Below, piece after piece: positions 46,070 through 55,923 of a DNA stretch of 64,000 bases. Location: IMG/VR virus record IMGVR_UViG_3300042922_001182, positions 124,001 through 188,000 of that record, one strand, 5' to 3'. The position numbers were made by a program, and so were the translations under genes. Position 1 is the stretch's first letter. Each line of letters begins with the position of its first letter. The notes beneath the pieces are model-generated. The model saw only the letters and a program-made list of their open reading frames with translations. It ran no database searches and had not been told where the DNA came from.

Positions 46070-48646
46070 CTACAGGTAGGTGATGTCGATTCTGGGGGTG
46101 AAGCGCCTGTCGGGTGACAGGTAGCTGTTCCTATCCATGCCAACGTTCAGGTACTCCGGAACGTGGTTAATGAGTTGTTCGGCCGTCATATCGTCGGGTT
46201 TGTCCTCCGTCGCAAGAACGTTCTGGAGGGCCGCGTTGCCGTTGACGGCGTCGAACTCGATGTACACGATCAGCGGGAACTCTTGTTCGAGCCCCCTGAT
46301 GAGGTTCGATACCGAGAACCGCCTCTGCTCGTTCTGCACCGAGACGTTCGAAGCCTCGATGGTGTCGACGATGAACTTACGGATCTCCGTGTCGAGCCTC
46401 TGGGTGAGCAGGCCACGGAGCTTGATCTTCAGCTTGAGGAAGAGGTCGGTCGTCCCCGAGTTGAAGTACTTGGAAGGCCCCCAGGTGTTGTAGAACTTGA
46501 GGTCCATGTCCGTGTTGTTCTCCAGGCTACCCTTGTTCTCCCGGAGCATGCTCTCGAAGGCGTCCAGGAGGGAGTAGATGTCCTTGTAGTTGGCGAGGTT
46601 GGAGTAGTACTCGTAGCCGATCGCGGGGACGGAGTGGATCGCGACGTTGCCCGTCTCGGGGTCCACCCGGAAGTTGGACGACACGACGTTCATCGACTTG
46701 AAGAGGCTCACCACGGGGGCGGTCTCGTAGACGACCATGGTGGCGTACTCCTCGACGTCCGTCATGTCGATGAAGGTGCCGTGACGGGTGAAGTCGATTC
46801 CGCCGTCGTGCAGCAGGCCGATCTCGATTGACATGTCCTCGTCGACGTACGTCCTGGGGATGGTCGTCCCGCTGAGGACCTCCGACAGGGAGCCCACCAG
46901 GGCCATGCGGTAGCCGCTGTTGAAGGTGTCGTCGGTGTAGAGCGTCGCGGTGCACAGGTAGTTGCTGTCGGACTGCGTCTTCTCGAAGTCGAAGAAGCCG
47001 TAGGGGGCTCCGTCCTTCTTCAGGACGCCACGGACGATGACGTCTTGCATCTCCTCCGCCGCCATGTTGGTGGTGAGCGAGAAGGACACCTTGTACTCGG
47101 GCACCAGGCTGCTGTTGCGCTCCAGGTGGACGTCGCTGATGATGAACTCGTTGTTGATCTTGTAGTTGACGAAGGTGAACGGCGCCGGGATGTCCTCGGA
47201 CATCATGTTTCGGTAGTACGCGATCCGGGGGAACGGTGTGTCACGGAAGATCATCATGTACGGGATGGAGTACACGTAGTCGTCGGCGGCTGGCACCTCG
47301 ACGTTGGACATCAAGCGGAACAGCTTGCTGACCTTGTCGTAGATCACCTGGGACCCCGAGGGGATGACGCTGTTCAGAGCGGTCAGCTGGGCCAGGCTCG
47401 TCTGGAGGTGGAAGGTGTTGGTCGGGATGATGTTGCGGTTGAAGTCCCTCATCAGCGCGTAGCAGGAGATGAGGCGCCTCAGAACATCGTCCCTCTTCTT
47501 GAGGAACAGGAACCTGGAGCCGTTCTGGCTGTTCTGGGAGGCCACTCGCTCGAAGAAGAGGTTGATGTCCGTCTCGTTGATGATCGAGCCACGCGAGAGC
47601 TGGTACTCGATGACGCTCTTCTTGATCTCAAGCAGGTTCTTCGTGTCGACGCCGCCGACGGCCCCAGTGAGCGGGGTCACCTTCGGCTGAAGGCGGGCGA
47701 GCTTGCCCGTGTCGAACTTGAACTGGAGGTCGCCGGTGAAGTCGAAGACGCCCTTGCTGCCCTCGGTGACGTAGTACGCGACGGTCAGCTCGGAGTTGAA
47801 CTCCGGGCGGAAGCTACCGGGGGTGGCCGAGAAGTAGACCTGCAGCTGGCCGCGATCCCTGAAGGTGTAGAAGCAGAACTTCTCGGTGTCCGCAGGGGCC
47901 CTCAGGTCGTTGAAGTACTTCGGCAGCAGTTGGGTGCCACGGGAGTGCTTGTAGAACACGTCGAACGACGACATCTGCTTCGGGAAATCGATGAGGTAGA
48001 TGAGGTTGTCCGAGATGTCCTCCGAGTAGACGCTGAAGGTCTTGACGACCCGCTCCATCTGGTAGACGACGAGCTCCATGAACAGCCATACCTCGTTCTC
48101 CACCTCCTGCGACCACGTCCTGACGTAGGGGTTGGAGGGGACGGGAAGGGAGTCCTCGACGCCCACGGTGTCGTAGGTGGCCGTCACGGCGTAGCTGCCG
48201 CCAGCCGGGGTGAGCGTGAGTCGGACGGACCTGGGGAGCATGAACTGGAACGCCCCCGCGAAGAAGGGCTGGTTGCGGTCGATGATGAGGAGCCTGCTGC
48301 CGTCGAGCTGGGGCTCGGAGTAGCGGATGGCCTCCTCCTTCCTGAGGGCGAAGTTCACCCGCATGTTGGAGGGGGTGGCGAACGCGATGTCGAAGTTGTT
48401 GAGCTTCGCGGAGTTGTACACGCTCCGTGGGAGCCTCGCCGTGTTCAGGAAGAACTCGCGGTACAGGACGTTCCGGTGGAACACGCTCGTGCTCACCGCA
48501 TCCGACATCAGGGCGGTCATGTAGCCCAGGAGGCCGACCTTCAGGATGTTGGTCTCCTCGATGTTGAAGAAGCCCTTGGCCAGCTCCAGCGCTCTCGCGT
48601 CAAAGTCGTAGCTGGTGCTACCAATCTCTTGGATGGGATCTGCCAT
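46070..48646 (-). CDS. baseplate wedge subunit (T4 gp6/J-like)
   Basis: EFFLNTARLPRSVY...FATPS, YYVTEGSKG..F, GAVGGVD...EIKK motifs. Confidence 0.75.
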   Translation of the reverse strand: MADPIQEIGSTSYDFDARALELAKGFFNIEETNILKVGLLGYMTALMSDAVSTSVFHRNVLYREFFLNTARLPRSVYNSAKLNNFDIAFATPSNMRVNFALRKEEAIRYSEPQLDGSRLLIIDRNQPFFAGAFQFMLPRSVRLTLTPAGGSYAVTATYDTVGVEDSLPVPSNPYVRTWSQEVENEVWLFMELVVYQMERVVKTFSVYSEDISDNLIYLIDFPKQMSSFDVFYKHSRGTQLLPKYFNDLRAPADTEKFCFYTFRDRGQLQVYFSATPGSFRPEFNSELTVAYYVTEGSKGVFDFTGDLQFKFDTGKLARLQPKVTPLTGAVGGVDTKNLLEIKKSVIEYQLSRGSIINETDINLFFERVASQNSQNGSRFLFLKKRDDVLRRLISCYALMRDFNRNIIPTNTFHLQTSLAQLTALNSVIPSGSQVIYDKVSKLFRLMSNVEVPAADDYVYSIPYMMIFRDTPFPRIAYYRNMMSEDIPAPFTFVNYKINNEFIISDVHLERNSSLVPEYKVSFSLTTNMAAEEMQDVIVRGVLKKDGAPYGFFDFEKTQSDSNYLCTATLYTDDTFNSGYRMALVGSLSEVLSGTTIPRTYVDEDMSIEIGLLHDGGIDFTRHGTFIDMTDVEEYATMVVYETAPVVSLFKSMNVVSSNFRVDPETGNVAIHSVPAIGYEYYSNLANYKDIYSLLDAFESMLRENKGSLENNTDMDLKFYNTWGPSKYFNSGTTDLFLKLKIKLRGLLTQRLDTEIRKFIVDTIEASNVSVQNEQRRFSVSNLIRGLEQEFPLIVYIEFDAVNGNAALQNVLATEDKPDDMTAEQLINHVPEYLNVGMDRNSYLSPDRRFTPRIDITYL

Positions 48647-48664
48647 TTGAAGTGCTCCTTATAA

Positions 48665-50704
48665 TCAGACGGGATCGTAGAAGGTCAGGACGTACTTTTC
48701 GCCGCCGTGGCCGTGGTGGGGCCCGTGGGGCTTCCTGATCTCGACCCGGACTCTCTTGTTGTTGCTCAGGTCGGAGAAGGCGGCAGTCTCCTTGGGGAGC
48801 TGCTTCTTGATGTCGCTCTTGGAGACAGTCTTTCCCTTGTTGTCGACCACCTGGGTCTGCTGGAGTAGGCTGGCAGCGAAGTTGAAGGCCCCCTTGATCT
48901 TCTCGAAGCCGACCTCGTAGAGGGACTTCATGTCGAACCGGATAGGAGTCTTCTGCTCTTGCTCCACCAGGCCACCGGCGACCAGGTTGAAGTCGGCCAA
49001 GATGTTGGGGTCCATGTCCTCCTTGTAGCTGAACACGAAGGGGACGCTGAACTTGACGATCTCGCTGTGCTGGTCCCTCTTGGTGCCGTAGGCGCTGTAG
49101 GGGACGGCGGTGGGGGCCACGCCGGTCAGCTTCGACCAGTACACGATCTCCTTGCCGTCCGGTCCGACGACGAAGTAGTACATGCTTCCCAGGTAATCCA
49201 CGATCTTGTCGGTGACGTTGCTGGGCTTCGGGCGAATGTATCCCCTCCGGATGGCGAAGATGTAGTCGACCCAGGCCTTGAAGAGCTTGGTGATCTCTCC
49301 GCCGTGGATGTCCGTGAACTCCACCTGGAAGGTGCCGCCGGTGACGCTCTCCACGTAGGACGTGGGGGCGATGCGCTTGTAGCCGATGGTCGTCTCGTGC
49401 GTCTCCTGCGTCTTGACGACGACGTCCGACGGCTCGAACCCCTCCATCTGGTTGGTGAGGACGGGGATGAAGCGGGCCGGTGCGGCCTCCCCCAAGCTCA
49501 GCTGTTCGAGGATGCGGTGGTCCAGCTCGCCCACGATCGGCACGACCTTGGCCAGATTGGCGTCCCCGCTGATCAGGTTCATGTCCATGGCGGTGAAGAA
49601 CACGTAGCCACGGGTCTTCTCCTGGAGGTCGATGGTCGCGTTCACGATGCCCAGGTTGTTGAACGTTGTGACGACGCCCACCGGGGTCTCGCTGGTCTCG
49701 CCGTGGATCTTGCCACGGTTCCCCTCCCCTACCTTGTACCTGGAGATCGGGTTGTACGAACCGATGATCCCGTGGGAGCCGTGGGTCTCCTTAGGGTCCT
49801 TGATGTCGGCGTGGGGCTTGTTGGGGGTCTCCTTCGCCTGGCCCTTCTTGTCGGCAGCCCTCTTGGCGGCCGTATGGTACGGCTTGGGGGTTACGGATAC
49901 GGCATCCTTGGCAGATTTGACAGGGGAGAGAACGCTGTGGAAGGGGGGTCGAGATACGACTCCTGCTCCCTTCTTCCCGCTCTCGATCTTCCCCTTCGTC
50001 GTGTGGTGGGGGGACACCGACTCGACCTTGGCGCCCGCCCTGATGACCGCAGTGGGCTTCCCATCGGGGCCGGTGATGCGGAGGAAGGGGGCGACCGCGT
50101 TGGAGGTAGTGCCACGGCTGTTGCTCCTGACGGAGCGGACCAGGCTGTGGTAGTAGCCACCTCGTTGCGCGGAGCTCCTCGGAGCGCGGGCGGTCGGGAT
50201 CGCCTTCCCCGAGACCGAGATGAATGGCGAGAGGCCCTTGACCTTGGTTACCGGGGCGGTGGGGATGGTGAAGATCGCGCCCTTGCCCGTGATCCTCACC
50301 TTGGAGGTGATGTAGGGGCTGAGCGAAGGGTACTTGGTCGTGCCGTACCCAGCCCTAACTCGGAGCTGGGAGAAGGCGACCTTCCCATTGATCACGGTCG
50401 CATCCATCTGGATGGAGGAGGGGAAGACAGGGGATGTCTGCCGGTACTTGGCGATCGCGAACTCGGTGCCGCCGGTCGAGTTCACCCTCCTGCTGGTGGT
50501 GATCAGCGGGGTGACCCTTGGGGCGCTGGTGGTGGACAGGGGAACGGTAATCACCGCTCCACCCCTGGTGCTAAGCCTGGCCTTCATTAGGTGGAAGGGG
50601 GCCACGGGCTTGGTGGTAGGCCTTGACACCTTCAGCTTGTCTCGAAGGAGGCTGATATAGTACACCACCGGCTTGCTGGCGGTGGATCTGCTGGAGAAAG
50701 CCAT
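48665..50704 (-). CDS. tail-tube-fold baseplate protein with a long basic repetitive N-terminal extension
   Basis: C-half FQVEFTD...KLFKAWVDYI...DY...YYFVV.PDG..IVYWSKLTGVAP; N-half K/R/T/P-rich; RBS AGGGAG. Confidence 0.65.
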   Translation of the reverse strand: MAFSSRSTASKPVVYYISLLRDKLKVSRPTTKPVAPFHLMKARLSTRGGAVITVPLSTTSAPRVTPLITTSRRVNSTGGTEFAIAKYRQTSPVFPSSIQMDATVINGKVAFSQLRVRAGYGTTKYPSLSPYITSKVRITGKGAIFTIPTAPVTKVKGLSPFISVSGKAIPTARAPRSSAQRGGYYHSLVRSVRSNSRGTTSNAVAPFLRITGPDGKPTAVIRAGAKVESVSPHHTTKGKIESGKKGAGVVSRPPFHSVLSPVKSAKDAVSVTPKPYHTAAKRAADKKGQAKETPNKPHADIKDPKETHGSHGIIGSYNPISRYKVGEGNRGKIHGETSETPVGVVTTFNNLGIVNATIDLQEKTRGYVFFTAMDMNLISGDANLAKVVPIVGELDHRILEQLSLGEAAPARFIPVLTNQMEGFEPSDVVVKTQETHETTIGYKRIAPTSYVESVTGGTFQVEFTDIHGGEITKLFKAWVDYIFAIRRGYIRPKPSNVTDKIVDYLGSMYYFVVGPDGKEIVYWSKLTGVAPTAVPYSAYGTKRDQHSEIVKFSVPFVFSYKEDMDPNILADFNLVAGGLVEQEQKTPIRFDMKSLYEVGFEKIKGAFNFAASLLQQTQVVDNKGKTVSKSDIKKQLPKETAAFSDLSNNKRVRVEIRKPHGPHHGHGGEKYVLTFYDPV

Positions 50705-50738
50705 GTCGTATCTCCCTATCACTTTCCGGAGCTATTCA

Positions 50739-50750
50739 CATCTAAATGTT
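50739..50750 (-). promoter_or_regulatory. late-type promoter AACA-N6-TG
   Basis: Minus strand AACA TTTAGA TG upstream of the baseplate operon. Confidence 0.65.
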
Positions 50751-50815
50751 CCGGGGAGATTTTCCGCCGCAGGACCCAGGAGAGAATGGCGTCCAGGGGA
50801 TTCCGAGGTTCGTCC

Positions 50816-50824
50816 ACATATTAT
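50816..50824 (+). promoter_or_regulatory. early-type promoter motif ACATATTAT
   Basis: CGTCC-ACATATTAT upstream of a 36-aa ORF. Confidence 0.65.
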
Positions 50825-50906
50825 ATGGATGCGCGGACGAGCAACGGTTGTTGCTGGCGCTCCTAAGGTGCTTCGGTCTGCGCTGGTACAAGGAAGGTGC
50901 CTGTGT

Positions 50907-51017
50907 ATGTTTGATGATGATGACGACTTCTTCGGTTTCGGAGGGTTGTTGTCCATGGTCGAGGATGTCCTCGGTGTCCTTAGCGTCATCGAGGCAATAA
51001 CCTACGACCTGGTCTAG
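50907..51017 (+). CDS. 36-aa acidic/hydrophobic peptide
   Basis: RBS AAGGAAGGT; MFDDDDDFFGFGGLLSMVEDVLGVLSVIEAITYDLV*; own promoter motif and terminator. Confidence 0.6.
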   Translation: MFDDDDDFFGFGGLLSMVEDVLGVLSVIEAITYDLV

Positions 51018-51108
51018 TTCGAGACCCACAGCTAAAGAAATACGGTCTCGGACCACGGCTAATGAGCATACCTCACCTAGAGCAAAGCCGGTTTACCGGC
51101 TGGGGATC

Positions 51109-51147
51109 GGAGGCGGGGCCCTAGCGGCCACGCCTCCCTTCTTTTTT
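51109..51147 (+). terminator. intrinsic terminator
   Basis: GGAGGCGGGGCC-loop-GGCCACGCCTCC followed by CTTCTTTTTT. Confidence 0.8.
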
Positions 51148-51175
51148 GGGTGTGACCAAGACCCCCGTGCAAACT

Positions 51176-51187
51176 AACATTTCATTA
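51176..51187 (+). promoter_or_regulatory. late-type promoter AACA-N6-TA
   Basis: AACA TTTCAT TA upstream of 51235. Confidence 0.75.
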
Positions 51188-51234
51188 TCGAAAGCGCATT
51201 AATCCCTTCAAGGAGAGAGCGAGGAAAACTGTTT

Positions 51235-52419
51235 ATGCTTAAGGACATTTTCGAAGTGGTCCGGGCGGTGGCGGACTACGCTGACGTCGATTCGGCCAAG
51301 GAGAACATCAAGGACGCTCTCCTCACCAAGAGGAGGGATTCCATCGTCAGCAGGGCGAAGGACTCGATCGCCATGTTCCCGGCGATCTTCTCGACCAGCG
51401 TCAGCCAGACCACGGCCATGATGCTGATCAAGGCCCTGGAGGTCGAGTACGCGGAGCTGTTCCGGATCGTGCTGAGCAACGAGGGAATCATCGACCTCGA
51501 CAGCAACGACGCGAACACCAAGCGGAGTCTCGTCCGCAAGTTCCACCAGAACACCTACGTCGGCGCCCGTGACGGCATCGATGTTAGCTCCGTCGTCAGG
51601 GAGCAGGTCCAGCCCGAGCACGTCTTCCAGGCCTGCCGCGAGCTGCTGACCGCCAGCGCCGAGGACCTCAACCTGGAGAGCCTCAACGACATGACGATCA
51701 AGAACGTGCGGATCTTCACCGAGGCCCGCGAGAACGAGATCAAGAACAACGGCGTCCGGAGCCAGATCGACACCAAGGAGATCAAGAAGTTCGGCACGAT
51801 GGAGCCCCTGATCCTCCGGATCGAGGTCCAGTACAAGACGAACGCCGGTAGCACGACCACCACCGAGCTGGTCCTCGGCGTGAAGGTCGTCCCCCACTTC
51901 GTCGACACGAACGAGATGACCTACTACGTGGGCAGCTCGATCAAGCACGAGTCGGTCGTCTTCCGCATCATCCAGTGGGCCACCGGCGAGATCCAGTTCT
52001 TCCGCGACCTGCTCCTGACCGTGGACCAGGCGAAGGACGACGCCCGCTCCAGCTCGTCCATGGGCCGCACCTCGGCCTCCCTGTGGTGGCACAAGCTCCG
52101 CAGCCTGGCAAAGTCGTCGAAGTTCCGCAACCTGCTCGGCACCGAGAAGATCCTGCCCAACGCGACGATGGTCCTGACCATGGACGAGGCGCAGCACCTC
52201 AAGGCCACCGAGGGCCTGGACCTCATGGACCCCAAGAACGCCCAGAAGCTCGTCGAGGTGTTCTTCCTCATGAGGCTCACCGTGGTGGACGAGGCCGATG
52301 AGATCGCGTACATGTACGACGAGGACACCATGTCGTACAACCGCTACTCCTACTCGTCGTTGTCGAAGTCCGGCAACACCAACGAGCTCAAGGCGCTAGT
52401 CTCCCTGCTCAGCAGGTAG
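51235..52419 (+). CDS. probable virion structural protein (394 aa)
   Basis: Late promoter and RBS; TGEIQFFRDLL and ILPNATMV pattern recalled from jumbo-phage virion proteins. Confidence 0.65.
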   Translation: MLKDIFEVVRAVADYADVDSAKENIKDALLTKRRDSIVSRAKDSIAMFPAIFSTSVSQTTAMMLIKALEVEYAELFRIVLSNEGIIDLDSNDANTKRSLVRKFHQNTYVGARDGIDVSSVVREQVQPEHVFQACRELLTASAEDLNLESLNDMTIKNVRIFTEARENEIKNNGVRSQIDTKEIKKFGTMEPLILRIEVQYKTNAGSTTTTELVLGVKVVPHFVDTNEMTYYVGSSIKHESVVFRIIQWATGEIQFFRDLLLTVDQAKDDARSSSSMGRTSASLWWHKLRSLAKSSKFRNLLGTEKILPNATMVLTMDEAQHLKATEGLDLMDPKNAQKLVEVFFLMRLTVVDEADEIAYMYDEDTMSYNRYSYSSLSKSGNTNELKALVSLLSR

Positions 52420-52435
52420 TAACGGAGAGAAGAAG

Positions 52436-53422
52436 ATGAACCAGGACTTCGTTTACAGGACGATCCCCAACGTGGGCATCAACAGGGACGCGTTCCTCAA
52501 GCACACCTTGGTGCGCGAGGCCTCCGACGCCATGCGTTGGAACCGCCTCAACGAGGACGACAAGAGGGAGCTCCAGGCCAAGGTGGCGGAGTCCCTCTTC
52601 TTCACCGTGAAGGACAAGTCGTCGGAGCTCGAATACGACTCCATCGACAAGAGCGGCGGCGATATCGAGGACATGCCCGGCTACGACGTGCTGAGCAACA
52701 GCATCCACAGCCTGCAGACCATGTACGCCAGCACCAAGTCGGCTCCCAGCGAGGTCAACGACCTCTTCCGGTGCCTGACCAACCTCCAGAAGTTCAAGCG
52801 CTACTTCACCCAGGCCTACGCCAAGGGCGACGAAGCCACCAAGCTGCTCTACCGCAACATGGTGGTGGCGCTGATCGCCGGTACCTCCTTCATGGTGGCG
52901 ACCCACGTCGAGTACATCAAGGAGCCGGGCGGAGAGTTCTCCGCGAAGCTGAAGACCCTGCGCACCATGGAGCGCAGCCTCTTCCTCGACAACATCGCGA
53001 AGTTCAACAGCATGGCCGACTCCGGCCAGCTGAAGACCTTCCTCGACGCCTCCTCCGGCCGCGACAACCTCGTCGGCATGGAGCTGGTGGCGGTGGGCGT
53101 GGGCGCGGTGGCGGTCGTGGGCTTGGTCCTCTGGACCCTGCGCGAGATCGTCTTCACCTACTTCAGGTTCCGAGTCGCCCTCTCGGAGGAGTTGAAGATG
53201 CTGGCGCTGTTCGTCCAGCTCCACTCCAACTCGCTCGCCCCCGAGAAGAAGAACGTGGCCGACAAGCAGCGGGCGATCGTGGACGAACTGAATAAGTGGT
53301 CCGACCGAATCGCCGTCGATCAGAAGGCGGCTACCAAGGCGGCCGTGGCCGACCTGTCGGACGCGGATCGCGGGGCCACCATGACGGCAGTGTCGAGCGC
53401 CCCCAGCGGAAACCTGCTGTAA
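52436..53422 (+). CDS. probable virion structural protein with one hydrophobic segment
   Basis: Co-transcribed with the previous gene; IDKSGGDI; LVAVGVGAVAVVGLVLW. Confidence 0.65.
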   Translation: MNQDFVYRTIPNVGINRDAFLKHTLVREASDAMRWNRLNEDDKRELQAKVAESLFFTVKDKSSELEYDSIDKSGGDIEDMPGYDVLSNSIHSLQTMYASTKSAPSEVNDLFRCLTNLQKFKRYFTQAYAKGDEATKLLYRNMVVALIAGTSFMVATHVEYIKEPGGEFSAKLKTLRTMERSLFLDNIAKFNSMADSGQLKTFLDASSGRDNLVGMELVAVGVGAVAVVGLVLWTLREIVFTYFRFRVALSEELKMLALFVQLHSNSLAPEKKNVADKQRAIVDELNKWSDRIAVDQKAATKAAVADLSDADRGATMTAVSSAPSGNLL

Positions 53423-53438
53423 GGGACACCCTCGGGAC

Positions 53439-53450
53439 AACAAAAAGATA
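53439..53450 (+). promoter_or_regulatory. late-type promoter AACA-N6-TA
   Basis: AACA AAAAGA TA upstream of 53517. Confidence 0.75.
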
Positions 53451-53516
53451 AGGGTAAGAGGTGACCGCCGCTACGGTCCACTTTTTTGCATGCAAAAAGA
53501 AAGAAGGAGAAGCGGA

Positions 53517-54524
53517 ATGTTTCTGAACGAGAACAACAACACTTTCCGGAACGTGAACACCGGTATCGAGGCCAGCGAGACCAACCTGATGGGCGGCTCG
53601 GTCGGCATGATGGACATCGCCCTGGAGTCGGAGACGACCTGGAACAACATCTGCGTCGCCATGATGCGTCTGGAGCACACCTCCTACGTGGAGAAGGACG
53701 ACGTTCTGATGGAGCGCGGCGTCAAGGCCTTCTGGGGCAAGGTCGTCGCCTTCTTCAAGAAGATGATCGCCAAGGTCAAGGAGTGGGCCAAGAAGACCTG
53801 GAACTCGATCCAGTCGTTCTTCGCCAACTCCAAGAAGTGGCTGGAGCTGAACAAGGCCGCCCTCATGAAGAAGAACCTGAACGGCTTCAAGTTCTCCATC
53901 AACACCTTCCAGAACATCGAGACCGCCAGCGGCAAGATGGACGCCGCCGCTGCCAAGCAGGCCGTCGCCGCCTCCGCCGCTGCTGGTCGCAGCACGAAGG
54001 AAGATGACATGGACGAGTACGACTCGAACTTCCGCGAGGCCTTCCTCCAGGCCATGGGCATCGACGATGACTCCGATGCCCTCGGCACCGCCTTGAGCCT
54101 CTACTTCCGCGCCGACGAAGGCGTCAAGAAGGAGAAGGCCCTGTCGGCGGCCGAGATCGTCAAGGTCCTCGAAGAGACCCCCAAGGCCCAGCAGCAGGTG
54201 GATACCGGCGCCAAGGTGATGGAGCGCCTCGCCGCCCAGGGCATCACCCAGGCCGAGAAGGCCGAAGCCGCCGCCGAGAAGAAGGACAACGACAAGGGCC
54301 GCAAGGAGGCCGCCGGTCACCAGCGTGCCGTCAGCGCGATCCGCAGCCTGCTGGGCCTCCAGCAGCAGGTCCTGTCGGCTCTGGCCGGTGCCATCGCCGA
54401 TCGCCACAACCAGTACTTCGCCGCTGCCAAGGCCGCGCTGTCGTACAAGCCCGCGAACGTGAAGGAGTCGACCGACTTCGGCACCGACGAGGACGACGTG
54501 CTCGACGCGTTCATGCCCATCTAG
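53517..54524 (+). CDS. internal head protein (phiKZ inner-head-protein-like)
   Basis: MFLNE start, ALES, LME then GVKAFWGKVVAFFKKMIAKVKEW amphipathic motif; biased codons; RBS AAGGAG. Confidence 0.65.
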   Translation: MFLNENNNTFRNVNTGIEASETNLMGGSVGMMDIALESETTWNNICVAMMRLEHTSYVEKDDVLMERGVKAFWGKVVAFFKKMIAKVKEWAKKTWNSIQSFFANSKKWLELNKAALMKKNLNGFKFSINTFQNIETASGKMDAAAAKQAVAASAAAGRSTKEDDMDEYDSNFREAFLQAMGIDDDSDALGTALSLYFRADEGVKKEKALSAAEIVKVLEETPKAQQQVDTGAKVMERLAAQGITQAEKAEAAAEKKDNDKGRKEAAGHQRAVSAIRSLLGLQQQVLSALAGAIADRHNQYFAAAKAALSYKPANVKESTDFGTDEDDVLDAFMPI

Positions 54525-54549
54525 TAGCTCCGGCAAGCAACCAAGGAAA

Positions 54550-54592
54550 CAAAGGACCGCATCCCCACTCGGGGATGCGGTCTTTCCTTTGC
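54550..54592. terminator. bidirectional terminator
   Basis: GACCGCATCCCC-loop-GGGGATGCGGTC with A-rich and T-rich flanks. Confidence 0.8.
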
Positions 54593-54593
54593 T

Positions 54594-55922
54594 TTATCTC
54601 TTCGAGAACGTGCACGTCATCGTGCAGATCATCTCCTCCGTCTGGAGGTTGCGACCGACCCCGTGCAGCGAGAGGGCGTAGTCCCTCATGACGTACTCGC
54701 CGTTGAGCTCCTCCGACCTCTCCTTGTTGCTGAAGATGACGAAGAAGGACTTGTTGGGGGTGAAGATGGAGGGGTCGACGCCGGAGAAGCTGAAGGCCAC
54801 CTCGCTGTTGTGCTCCGTGACGTGATGAGCGTGCGTCGTTTCGGCCATCGGGTTGTCGAACCTGTTGTAGAGGACCTTGATCTTGTCCTCCCCGGCGGCG
54901 AAGTTCCCTGGCCCGGCGGCCCCGTCCGTGCTGGTGCCCTCCTGGATGGCCACCTCCCTGATCTGTCCACCCAGCTCCTGGGAGTCCGAGAGGACGAAGA
55001 GCTTGGAGCCGAAGATCTCCTTCGTAGCTCGCCCTCCACGGTTGATGGCCACGGCGTTCTGCACCTTCACCTGGAAGGTCTTGTTCTTGGTGTCCTCGAA
55101 GACGCCGTTGAGCTCCGAAGAGGCGTCCACCTTGTCAGTGACGAAGATGTGGACCTCCCCGTACTCCGTCTTCTCCTTGACCTTGGAGTCCGCGCCAAGC
55201 ATGTAGTGGCGGTCCAGGTCGAAGAAGAGGCGCATGCCGCCCTTGTAGATGCCGTAGGCGTCCTGGAGGTAGCGGAGCGAGCTGATCACGTTCCCGGGCG
55301 GGACCAGGATCTGGTCGTAGACCTTGGTGTTGTCCGGGTTGCCGATCAGCTTGGGGGCGTCCCCGGAGGCGGTCTTCAGCATGTGAAGGACCACCGGGAG
55401 AACCGGGGTCTCCGTGTAGACGTCGTTGAAGATGGCCTTGTTGATGTCCAGGTGCTTCGAGGAGAGAAGCGTGGCCGTCCACTCGATGTCCCTTCGCTCT
55501 TCGGTCTCTACGGCCTGAGCTGGTTGCTCGGTGGGGGAGCGGTCGAAGTCGATGACCCGGAACTCCAGCTGCTTCCAGAGATCGGTCGGCGGCGGGGGCT
55601 CGGAGGCGCTGTTCTCGTCGGAGCTGTCGATGGTCCTATATCGCTTGATGCTGATCACCACCTTGGCGTCGTCGGTGTACTTCTGGAAGGCCAGCAGGAG
55701 CTCGTAGTTCAGCCGTAGGCCTAGGCCGATGACGGGGAAGAACTCGTCCCCGTCCACCTTGCCCTTGACCTGAATCTCCACGATGCTCTTGATCAGGCTC
55801 ATCACCCCGGCGTCCTCCGGGAGGATGAGGTCGGCCTGGGTGATTCGGAACTTGTACCGAGTCAGGTCCCCCAGGACCTTGTTGGACAGTCTGCCGTCTG
55901 CCTCGAAACCGGTGGGTGCCAT
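54594..55922 (-). CDS. putative baseplate hub protein (gp27-like)
   Basis: DNTKVYDQILVPP...LRYLQDAYGIYK...LFFDLD and C-terminal DPSIFTPNK...NGEY pattern. Confidence 0.55.
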   Translation of the reverse strand: MAPTGFEADGRLSNKVLGDLTRYKFRITQADLILPEDAGVMSLIKSIVEIQVKGKVDGDEFFPVIGLGLRLNYELLLAFQKYTDDAKVVISIKRYRTIDSSDENSASEPPPPTDLWKQLEFRVIDFDRSPTEQPAQAVETEERRDIEWTATLLSSKHLDINKAIFNDVYTETPVLPVVLHMLKTASGDAPKLIGNPDNTKVYDQILVPPGNVISSLRYLQDAYGIYKGGMRLFFDLDRHYMLGADSKVKEKTEYGEVHIFVTDKVDASSELNGVFEDTKNKTFQVKVQNAVAINRGGRATKEIFGSKLFVLSDSQELGGQIREVAIQEGTSTDGAAGPGNFAAGEDKIKVLYNRFDNPMAETTHAHHVTEHNSEVAFSFSGVDPSIFTPNKSFFVIFSNKERSEELNGEYVMRDYALSLHGVGRNLQTEEMICTMTCTFSKR

Positions 55923-55923
55923 T

